This document shows, one piece after another, positions 21,101-33,100 of a stretch of DNA of 64,000 bases. Positions within the stretch are counted from its first letter, which is position 1. Every line of letters starts with the position of its first letter. Origin of the DNA: Akkermansia sp. (lineage in GTDB: Bacteria > Verrucomicrobiota > Verrucomicrobiia > Verrucomicrobiales > Akkermansiaceae); NCBI GenBank assembly GCA_024405455.1, contig JAKSOT010000002.1:166-64165 (forward strand). Direction: 5' to 3'. The position numbers were made by a program, and so were the translations under genes. Under the pieces are notes generated by a model that was not told the origin of the DNA, did not search any database, and saw only the letters and a list, made by a program, of their open reading frames with translations.

Positions 21101-24100
21101 ATGAAACTCCATCTTCCGTATTCCTTCCGCAAGGCGTTGCTGGCAGTCCTTGCAAGCACCATGTGCATTACATCCGCATATGGCGCCGGCATGCATTACC
21201 AGGTGAGCTACATCACCTACACCGACTTCGGCCAGAACATGGGCCGCTACCGCGTGAGCGGCGTGAACGACCTGCTCTCCAGCATCCGCAAGAAGGAGGG
21301 CGGCGTGGTCATCACCTACAAGGAGGGGCATGACGACTACACGCTGGAGCACTACATGCCCAGTTTCGAGAGCCAGGGCGACAACGGCGCGTATGCGGCC
21401 ATAGGCTACAACTACATTGCCACCGTGCAGCACAACGGCTGCCAGAACCCCATCTTCACCGGGCGCTACATAGGCGACGCCAATTCCCTGCGCTACTATG
21501 GCGTGGAGTACAACGACGCCCTGGATTTCTGCATGGTGGCCCAGTCGCCGGACAAATCCGCCACGTTCGACTACAAGGTGACGCGCCTCAACAGGCTTGT
21601 CACGGATGTGATGCCCTCCACCCCCATAGAGCGTTGCGATGACGGGGACATCTTCTCCCGCCTGCTGGGGCAGATGGAGTACCGTTCCGGCTCCGGCACC
21701 AAGTCCCTCTGGGATTTGGACGGCTATAGGACCGGTATGGGAGGAGCCTACAGCTACGCCACCGGCGGCGTGCGCATCATCACTGGGGGCCAGAACAACA
21801 ATCCCACGTACGGCTTCTTCACCACAGTCGGAAACATGGACTACTCCGAGGCCGGCATTTCCGAGAGCTCGCCCTTGCCCTTTGCACCCGACGGCGGCGA
21901 TTCCGGCAGCCCGGTTTGGATATGGGACGAGGCCTCCCAGTCCTACCTCTACATGGATGCCTACCAGTCCATCTTCGGCGACGGTGAAAGGTCCGCCAAC
22001 GCCCGCGGAGCCATCAACTACACGTGGGACTCACTGGAGAGGTTCGACCAGGACGTGGCCGTGAACGGCTCCACCGTGCACATCCGGGGCGTGGTCGCCA
22101 GGGATGGCGACGAGGTGGTGACGGAGAATATTGTCAGGGACGGCCAGGTGCATCACACATACTCCACCACGCTTCACAAAGGCAGCGTGGTGGACGCCCA
22201 GGGCAACGTCATCACCGACTACGTGGGCGTGAAGGGGGACGGCGACGAGTACATCAACACCTGGCTCAACCTGGCCCCGGAGAAGGACAAGGCCACTTGG
22301 TTCGCCTACGACAACAAGTACTACAACGTGGGAACGTACGATAAGAAGCAGCGCGAACTGGAGATTCAGAACCTCTTTTTCACGGAGAACCTGGTGTTCC
22401 AGTCGGACTCGGCGTCCGGCAACACCGTGGTGGTGGATGCGGACACGGACCTGGGCATAGGCTACCTGCAGTTCAAGCGCGCGGAGGGTGCGCCGGAGGG
22501 GCAGGCCGTGGTGTACACCCTGCAGAGCGCCGCGAACAACCTGGGGCGCGACTACATGGTCAACAGCGCCGGATTTGTGGTGGAGAAGGGCGTGGACCTT
22601 CATGTGAAGCTCACCAACACCGAGCGGGTTGACGGCGACTACTACTACCGCGAGTGGCGCAAGGTGGGCGACGGCGACCTGTACCTGGAGGGGCAGGGCG
22701 AAAATGGAATTTTCCTGAACGTGGGCGGTTCCGGCACCACCTACCTGAAAGAGAGCGGGGGCTTTGCCGCGTACAACGTGTACGTGGGCAGCGGCTCCAC
22801 CGTGGTGATGGACAGCACCGCCCAGATTGCGCGGGACTTCACCTTCGGCTACAACGGCGGCACGCTGGACATCCGCGGCAACAACACCATGGACTGGTAC
22901 CGCACCAACACCAACGTGGCGGCGCAGGGCTTCTCCATCAACTCCTACTCGGAGGATTCCTACATCACCAACAGCCTGAAGGGCACCACCCTGGAACTCA
23001 CCTACAAGCAATCCGGCAACACGGAGTACCTGGGCTCCTTCGTGGACACCGAGGACGGCGGTGCCGTGCGCATCCGCTTCGACGCGGGCGAGGGCTCCAC
23101 CACCACCCTGCGCAGCATCCACACCGATTTGACCCACCAGAAGGGGGAATGGGCCACCGGCAGCGCCGCTTTCGTGGATAGCGGCAAGGTGGTGCTGGAG
23201 GGTTCCAACACCGTGCACGGACGCGGCTCCGAGAACGGGCTCAACACCAACCGCTATTCCTCCACGGAGGACTGGCACTATGCCGACATGGCGGGCGATG
23301 TGCACGTGAATGATTTCGGGGCGGAGTTCGAGCTGGGCAGCCATGCCCGCCTCACCGGCGACGTGTACGTGTACACGGGCGGCATCCTGACCATCCGCGA
23401 GGGCGTGCATTCCACCTACGAATACATTGAGGGCGGCCAGCGCCTGGAGGACACCACCTCCGAATTCTACCGCCAGTTCTACGGCCTCCATGGCGACATT
23501 GAGACGGATCTCGGCACAGAAGTGCGCTTTGAGTACTCTGCCGGAACCACTGCGGAGCAGGTCTACACCGGAAACATCACCGGCGGCGCGGATATCTACA
23601 TGAACCTCGGCGGCAGCGGTGCCACCCTCCGCCTTTCCGGCAACAATACCTTCTCATGCGGGTTGTCCCTTTCCGGAGGCGGCCTGATTTCCGACAACGG
23701 ACTGGCCGCCCTGGGTGCCTATGAGGGATTGCGCTCCCGCTGGCTCATGGCAGAGGACTCCTTCATTGCCGCCAACGGCGCCACGGGCGACGAGCTGCTG
23801 GGCATGCTGTCCTCTGACAGCCAGGGTATGCTGGCCCTCACCCAGAACCAGACGACGGACCTGAACCTGCAGCTGCGGGGCTTCTCGAACCTCTTTGTCG
23901 GCGCGCTGGCCGGAAAGACGGTCCATTACGGCGAGGCGGGCAAGGCTCTGGCCACCACCCTGGAGGGCGGCAGCCCCAAGTGGCTGCTGGGCGGCGGCGG
24001 CGGCAACCTGATTGTGGATTTCCTGTTGGACAACAAGGCGGCTGTGCTGGTGCTCGGCAACGGCTACACCGACGGCACGGTAACCCTCACCAACGCCCGG

Positions 24101-27100
24101 AACAGCATCGGCTCCATCACCTTCTCGGAACGTGTCACCCTGGACTATACGGAAGCCGCGGCCCTGGGCGGTGCGGATGTGACCCTGGACTACGGCCGCC
24201 GCATGCAGCTGGCCGCCGCCGAGGATGTGGCGCACGTGACCCCCGGCTCCCAAGGCGCGGTTCTGGTGGACAAACTGGGCGGCGCAGTTCCTGATATGCG
24301 CGGGCATGCGGGCTTGTACGTCGGCTCCACCGGCTCCGTGGTGCTGGACGCCGCCCCGCAGATTGACACGGGCGCAACATACCGCTTCGGCGGCATCACC
24401 GGCACGCTCACCGTGAACGCGGAACTGGCGGACGTGGAGGGGCAGCCCTCCGGGCTTTCCGTGGATGCCCAGGGCTATTCCGGCGGCGTGCTGGAGCTGA
24501 CGAAGGCCGCCACCCTCACGGGAGACGTGGTGGTGCGCGGGTACGATGCCGATTTGCTGCCCGCCGCCGAGCAACGGGGCGACATCACGCTGAACCTCAC
24601 CTGCAACAACGCCTTGGCGGATGCCGCCAGCGTCACCCTGCTGAACGGCTCCGCCCTCAACCTGAACGGCACCTCCCAGACCTTCCACAACCTGGCCGCG
24701 CAGGCGGGTACGGCGATTTCCTCCGCCGACCCCGGCTCCAGCCTCACCCTCGTCAATTCCACCCAGTCGGAAATTGCCGCCGATATGCAGTTCGACTCCC
24801 TCGTCAAGCAGGGCGACGGCCGCCTCATCCTTTCCGGCTTCAACCATGTGGACAGCTATGATGTGCTGGAAGGCACCCTGAAGTCGGCCACGGTCAATTC
24901 CCTCTACCGCGGCGTGGTGAACGTGCATGCCGGTGCCACCCTGGGGCTGGCCAACGGCACCGCGAACGTCTCCGTCGTCGTACATGACGGCGCCAGCCTG
25001 GAGGTGCAGCACGGCGAAACCGCCGCCCTGACGAAGTCCTTCACCTTCCAGGGCAGCGCCACCGTATGCGGCACCGGCACGCTCAACATCGGCTCCACCA
25101 CCCAACTGGGCAAGGATGGCTCCACGTTCACGATAAACGATTCCACCGTGCTGCTGACCGCCAACGGCAGTTTCACGCAAAAGGGCATTCTCCACGGCGA
25201 GGGGAACGCCACGCTGCGCATTCTCGGCGGCGACAAGACGCACTCCTACCAGCGCGTGCTCGAGCACCTGGACGTGGCGGACGGTGCCACCCTCACCGTG
25301 CAGCAGGACCAGGTGGAAACCAACCCCACCTACGAGATTCACAATATCACCGGCAGCGGCGAGCTCGTCCTTTCCGCCGGCGGTGCCAAGGACTCCCCCA
25401 GCTACTACCGCCTCAACCGCGACACCGATTTCAGCGGCACCTTCACCTTCCGCGCAGGCACGGGACACAGCGCCCACCCATACATGAACTACGCCGTGAT
25501 TCAGGCGGACAATGCCCTGCACAACGCACAGGTGCAGATGTACTCGTGGAATTCCAACACCGGGTACATCACGCTCGGCGTGGACACGGAGAACGCCCGC
25601 ATTCAGGGCTTGAGCACCACCAACAAGGAGTTCGCCATCCTGATGGCCGGCGGCACCGGGTCCGACACCGTGAGCCGCCCCGTCTCCACCCGCCGCGCCA
25701 CCCTCACTATCACCGGCTCTGATACCAAGGTCTATAACGGCCTCGTCGTCGGCGGCGCCGCCGGCACGGATCACGGCCTGAGCATTGTGATGGACGGCAC
25801 GGGCACGCAGACCTTCAGCGGCAGTTCCGTGTTCAACGATGTCTCCGCCCTGCGGGGCACTCTCAAGATTACGGCCACGGACGACGACACGGCCATCAAC
25901 GGCGACCTCACCGTGGCGCGCGGCGCCAGCCTCACCATCGGCAAGGAGTACGCCTTGGATGCAGGCAAGACCATTCATGTGGTGGGAAGCGCGGCAGACT
26001 ATCCGGCATCGCTCGATGCGCCGCTCGCGCTTTACGGCGGCACCATCGAGTTCTCCGGCACGGCCATGGACACCCGTTCCTTTGCCCTGATGCTGGACAC
26101 CACCCTGAGCGGCCGGGCCACCGTCTCCTTCTCCGATACCTCCTACATCCAGTCGGGCTCGACCTACCTCCTGGCGAACGGCGATTGGAGCGGCGTTGCC
26201 CTGACGGCGGGCGGGCTGGACTACCTGGATGTCAACCTGAACGGTACGCTCGGCGGCTTGACCGCCACCTTCTCCCGGAAGTCCGGCAACTATATCTGGG
26301 ACGGCGATTTATCCAACTATGCGTGGACGGATACCCAGTTCGGCCGGCAAACCGCCACCTTCACGGAAACGGACAGCGCCGTGTTCACGGATGCAGCCGA
26401 GTTCAAGACAGTGAATGTGGCGTGTTCCCGCGATATTGCATCCCTTGTCTTCGACTCGTCCGATGAATACACCGTGAACGCCAACAGCGGCACGGTTACC
26501 GCGTCCACGCTCCGTCATACGGGTTCCGGCACCACCGTTGTCTACGGCGGCGTGCGTGCGGACAACATTCAGCTGGAGGCGGGCGAGCTGGAGGTTCGGG
26601 ATGCCGCGCTGCTTAACGGAGCCTCCTCTGTCTCCGGCGCCGGAACGCTGTCCATCGATATCGGGGCGGAAACCGCCATCAACCTGCCCACCATTGGCGG
26701 GGACGGCATCGGGGCTCTCCACTTGGTCTCCGGCGCGCTCAACGCCTCGGGCACGCTCAATGTGATACGTGAGGCATTCGTGGAGGAAAGGGCCTCCCTT
26801 ACTTCCAATACGGTGGCCTTCCTCAAGGGCGGGGTCCCCCTGCACCTGGCGGGCAACCTCACGCTCAACCTCTCCGGTTCAACCAACCTGAACACCTCCA
26901 TCACCGGCATTGACGGCCGTGTGGGCACGCTGGCGCTCACCGGCGGCACGGTCACGGTGAACAAGGCGACCGCCCTGCAGGTGGGCACGCTCGACCTCCG
27001 GCAGGGCTCCATGGTAGTGCACCGGGACGGCGACTCCGTGCGGGAAATCGGCACGCTGCAGCTGGGCAACAACACCACGTTCTCCCAGTACAGCGACACG

Positions 27101-30100
27101 CAGCCAGGCACGGCCATGGAAATCGGCAGCCTGGTGATGACGGGCGGCACCGCCACCCTCAAGGAGGAATACAATTCCGGAGCCCTGGCCATCCACTCGC
27201 TTTCGCACTCCGGCTCCGGTTCCGCCACGCTCAACCTGACCAACAGCGCCACGTCCACCATCATTGCCACCTTCTACCTCGGCGGGGAGGATGAGAGCGC
27301 GGACGATTTCGCCGGCACCATCAACCTCTCCAGCACGGATGGCGGCGGCAATCGCTCCGCAGCCATCATCCTGAACGATGCCAACGTTGCCGCCCGCGCG
27401 GCCGTCAACTTGGCGTCCGCGGCTTCCGGCGGTGCCCTGCTCGGCCTGGGCGTCAATGCAGGGCGCGTGGAGATTGCGGGCCTTTCCAGCGGAAGCGATT
27501 TGGGGAACAGGGCCCGCGTGTTCTCCGGCGGGCTGGGGGTCAACACCAACACCTCTGATGCCGCCCTTGCCGGGGATGACACGGTGCGGAATTTGGCCAT
27601 CACCACCACCACCGGCGCGGATTGCGTCTTCAACGGCACCATCGGGAAGAACCTGAACATCACCGTCGGGGGCGAGGGCTCCCAGAGCTTCAACGGCGAC
27701 AACACCGCGTTCAACGGCACACTCACCCTCACGGGCGGCACGCTGGCTCTCGGGAACTCGGGCATCGGCTCGAAATCCTCCGCCGGCGGCTTCAACGCCA
27801 CCCTGGCGGGCGGCACCCTGAAACTGGCTGACAACACCGTCAACCTCGGAACAGGCACGCTCGTCCTTTCCGGCAGCTCCACCATCAGCCTGGATGCAGC
27901 CTCCACGGATCCCGCCGTTTCGCACTATGCCGATGGCGGGGACCGGGAAAACGGCTACCTCTCGTTGACGGTGCTGCGTGCGGCCGCCGTGGAGGACCGT
28001 GGCGCCACGCTCGCGGGAGCGGGCGTGCTGCAGGGCATGGAGTTCACCGTGACCGACACCGCCATCACGGCGCGGGCGGGGGCTTCCGAGCGCAGCTACT
28101 TCGTGAACACGGCCGTGCAATACGGCGCGGACGCCCCCAACACGGCGTATGCCGAGGCCAACGCCTTGGTGCTCAACGCCGATGGCGCGGTGCTCAACAT
28201 GCAGAGCGGCCTCAGCGCCGCGGCCGAGGGTAAGGGTCTCACCGCAGCCGTGGCCGGTGGCACCGTGAACCTGGCGCAGGGTGTCACGCTCCACCAGAAC
28301 AAGCTGACCGACAACCAGAACGTGAAGGTTGGCGGTGCGGGCACCTACCAAATCGCGCTCAGGCAATCTTCCGAAAATATCAATACCTATCTGGGTGTCC
28401 AGGAACACGTCACCCTTGCAGATGACTGGACCGGCACGGTGGAAGTGCTGGGAGCGGGCGGAGACCATTCCCACATCAGTCTCCAAGATTACGGCAACAG
28501 CCTCTCCACCGTCAAGCTGACCGGCAACAGCGGCTGGTTGGATGGCGGCTCGTTTGATGTGAACCTGCTGCTGGAAGATGCAGGTTCCGGTTCCGCCATG
28601 ATTATCTCCAACGGCAGCAATAACGCAACGGAAACATTCAACGGCTCCATCAGCGGCTCCGGCACCTTGGAGAAAGTGTGGTACAGAACCCTCAACTTCA
28701 AGTTCAACGGTGATTTGAGCAACTGGACAGGCGGCTTCAAGACCACAGGCGGCACGGCCAACGTGTACCTGCTGGCCGGCGTGACCAATGTGGGCGCCTC
28801 CATCCAGGCCACCTCCCTCACCGTGGGCGCGAGCGCTACCGAAACTGCCAACGTCACCTTCTTCAACACCGTGAGCGCTGCCACCATCACCGCGCACGGC
28901 AGCGTTACCGTGGGGCTCAACGGCACGCTTGACCTCACCGCCCTGACAAGCGCCGCCACGCTCGATTCCCTGACTTTGGCCTCCGGATCCACCCTGGCGC
29001 TGAATCACACGGGTTGGCTCACCACCTCCGGCACGCTGGCCGTGGCGGACGGATCCACCCTGGACCTGACAGGGCTTTCCGTTTCCAGCGACCCGCAAAG
29101 CTATGTGCTCGCCACGGGCGGGAGCGTTACCCTGGGCGACAACGTGGGCTTCACCCTGGCAGACGAGTCCCTGAAGGAGCGTGCGAGCCTGGGTGTGGTG
29201 GGGAGCGACCTGGTGCTCACCGTGGCGCGCGGGGCCAGTGACCTGCTGTGGCGGGGAGCGGACGGAATGTGGACCACGGATGCCTCCGCCATGAACTGGT
29301 ACTTTGACGGCACATCCCGAGAAACGGCCTTTGTGCAGGGCGACAGCGCCCGCTTCGGCGCGGACTCCAACAACCGCACGGCAACGCTGGCGGAGGATAT
29401 TACCGCCGGTGCCGTTGCCGTGGATGGGAACGCCGCCGTGACCGTGGCCCTCAACAACCATGACCTCACCACCGGCAACCTCGCGGTGGAATCCGACAGC
29501 ACGCTGAACATCAACGGCAATGGCAGAACCCTGGAAGCCGCCGCCGCCAACATCAGCGGGGCGGTTTCCATCGCCGACGGCACCACGCTCAAGCTCAACG
29601 GCGAGGAGGCATCCTTCTCGCTCGGCAAGCTGACCCTGAACAACGGCTCCAAGCTGAATGTGGCAGCCGCCGCTTCCGTGACGGCGGAGTCCCTGTTGGT
29701 GGAGGACACTTCCGGCGCGGAAATCTCCCTGGCGCAGGATATGGACATCACCGCAGGGGGAAGCGCCGACAGCAAGGCGGGCGCCCTCTACACCATGGGC
29801 GCAACGAAGACGCTGAACATCCACTCCGCGGATGCAGCGGACATCAAGACCCTCACCGTGGACAAGCTGGACATTGCCAATTCCAACACGGGCGTCTCCC
29901 TGCGGGATGTCGTCATGAATGTGCGGGAAGCCGCCACCGTGGGTGTCCTCATCACGGACCGCTCACATGACGTCGGCCACATGACCGTGGGCGGCGGTGC
30001 CGAGCTCAACTTCAACGGCAGCGTGAATTGGCACAACTCCGAGAATGTGGTCTCCCTCACCGTGCAGGACGGCGGCGCGGTCAACGTGAACCACGGCGCC

Positions 30101-33100
30101 GCCAACACCCTCGACAACATCACCGTGAATGAGGGCGGCTCGCTCAGCTTCGCCGCAGACACCACCACCGCGCTCTTCGGCTCCGTCACCCTGGCGGAGC
30201 AGATTGCCAACGACGGCACGCTCGACTTCGGCGGCCGCGCCGTCGCCATCTCGCTCGCCGATGACGCCGCCACCTTCCACGTCAAGGACGCGGGCTACAC
30301 GAACATTGACGGGGATGAGGACGAGAACGGTTTCAGCCACTCCATGATGGGCGCCGTCACCTCCGGTTCCGGCAATATCGCCAACGGCGGCAGCGTGGAC
30401 GTCACGCTCGGCGGCTTCTCCTTCATCGGGCTGAATGCCGACGGCACCTTCGGCACGATTGACAACGCCACCTACCACGTGCGCAGCGGGGAGGTGGAAT
30501 ACTCCACCCTCAAGGGCTCCTCCACCATCACCTCCGTGGCGCTTTCCGACAACGCCACGCTCAACCTGGACGCCGCGCTCGCCGGCGGCGTGCGCATCAA
30601 TTCCTCCGGCGGCACCGTGAACATCGGCAGCGGCACCGTGTTGAATGCCGGAGCGCTCACGGCCACCGGTAACACCATGCTGACCGGCAGCGGCGTCTAT
30701 GCCGTCAGTTATGGAAACGCCACGCCTTCCCTGGGAAACAATGTTAGCCTCGGCTCGGATTGGAACGGCATCCTCCGTTTGTCGGGCGGGGGCAGCGGTG
30801 CCAATATTACCTTGAACGATCTGACCCGCTATGCAAGCGCGTCCGGTACATCCTATTCCGCCGTTGAGTTTGACGGAGCTTCCGGTTATTACCAAGGCGG
30901 CGGCGACAATACGTTCTCCATGGATATCATGTTGGCAGCCGACAAGGGCAACGCCTCTGCCATGAACGTATCCAACGGCAACACCGGCGCCACCTACACC
31001 TTCTCCGGCAAGGTGAGCGGCAGCGGCACCTGGGAGCGCTCCGCCACGGGTCCTGTCAACCTCGCGTTCACATTCACGGGCGCTGTCTCAGAATGGACGG
31101 GCTGCTTCAAGCTCTCCAACGCCAAGAACAACACTGCCGTCACCACGCTCAACTTCACCGGCAACGCACCCTCACGCGAGGACGGCAAGGTGTTGATTGC
31201 CGCGGGAGTGGTGAACGCCGCCAACGGCAAGACCCTGAACGTCACCGTGACCAACGGCAAAGAGGTGGTGTTGACCGGCGACTTCACCAGAACCACAGGC
31301 ACGCTCAACCTCACGGTTGACGCCAACGCCACGTTCACGGGAACGCTGTCGGACGTCTCCACCCTGACAATCAAGAGTGGGGCTTCCGTGCAATTGCCGG
31401 CAACCCGGGAGACTCCCGTGCAGCACTCCGTCGGCACCATTGCGTTTGACGGCGGGAATGCGTACAACCGTAACCTCCTGGTGGCGGAAGGTGTCAAACT
31501 GACTGCGGCCAACATCAACAACGCCTGGGGTGTGGGAACCCTGTGCGTAGAGGGTGAAATGGACGTGACCTCCCTGCTCAAATTCTCCTCTGGCGGCAAC
31601 GGCAGCACGCTGAACAACATCATCACGGGCGGTGGCACCATCAATACGGCGGCGCTGGAGTTCAGCAACATCGGCACCTACAACGTCACGGACCTCCATG
31701 AGCTCAACGTGAGCGGCGCCACCACGCTCAACACCTCCAACACCGTGAATGTCTCCGCCTCCACGCTCAACCTCAACGGAACCGTCACCACAAGCCGCGG
31801 TTCCCTGAACCTGAAGGACGGCGCGGTCGTGAACATCAACGGCACTTCCGGCACCAACACGCTGCAAAACCTCAGCACCTCGGCGTCAAGCCGTCTCGCG
31901 TTCGCCCAAGGCACCACCGCCACCATCTCCGGCACCGGCAGCCTGGCCGCGACGATTGTCAATGCGGGCAACCTCACGTTGAGCGGCACCTATTCGCTGG
32001 ATGGCTTCGATATTTCGCAGTCCGGCAACTTCACCGAAGGCCAGCAGTCCGGCAACGGCTTCCTGACCGGCGACTTGAGCATCCGGCTGGTGTCCGGCGG
32101 CACCGTTCAGGAGGGCGATGCGCTGGTGTTGACGTATTTCGGCAAGCAGGGCACCCTCAATACCGAGACGGGCTGCGTTGCCTTTGCCGGCGCGGGTCAA
32201 CCGCAATACGACACCTTCTATGTGAACAAGGCCGACACCGTGGAAAGCTTCGCCAACGCCATCCAGCGCTCTTCCGGGGCCATGGAGAGCATCCGCATGG
32301 CAGACGGCACCATCCTTGCCATGGACCGCGATGGCGCCACGCTCGGCCACCTGGTGCTGGCGGAGCGAGCCTCCGCCACCATCAATGTGACGCAAAGCGG
32401 CACCATCAACTCCGTGGAGGGGCTGGGCGCAGGGCAGACGCTGACCGTTTCCGGCGCCGCGGGCAAGGTGCTCACCCTGAACGCCGGCAACGCCTTTGCC
32501 GGCTTGCTTGACGTGCAGGCCGGCACGTTGCAACTGGGCGCCAACCTCACCCTCGCCGGAGGCTTGGCCAACGGCGGCACCATCAACCTGAACAACAAGG
32601 CCATGACCATGAACGGCCAGGCGGGCGGCACCTCCTACACCATGGGCACGCTTTCCAACGGCGGCTCCTCTGATATGACGCTCAACAGCCATGCCGAGGC
32701 CGTGTTCGACAAGGATGCATCCGTGCGCCGCGTGGTGGGGAACGCAGGGTCCGCCTTGGTGGTGGGAGATAACGCCACGCTGACGCTGACTTCAACCGAC
32801 CGCAACGCCTACTACACCCAAGTGAGCGACCTGGACGTCCGGGGCACGCTCCGTCTCAAGGGCGGCAACGGCGCCATCCGCATCGCCGGATATGAGGACG
32901 GCCAGGTGTTCAACCTGGGCCATCTGGACATCGATGGTGCGTCCGGCACCACCTATGTGCTCACGTCCGGCGGGGTGAACTACACCACGAACATTGTGGT
33001 GAAATCCCTCTCCGGCGGTGGCGCGAACCACACCCTGCAGGCGTCAGATTGCTACACCGGCGGCTCCCAAGGCCAGGTAATTGACTTCATCATAGGCGAG

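Noticed and set aside
12512-22945. Diversity-generating retroelement TR/VR pair
   Set aside because: Differences between the paralog blocks are not adenine-specific, both copies are in-frame coding sequence, and no reverse transcriptase is present.
10820-33000. Long minus-strand ORFs (794, 970, 722, 774 and 981 aa etc.) opposite the giant genes
   Set aside because: Antisense shadows caused by GC3 bias; no motifs, promoters or signals.
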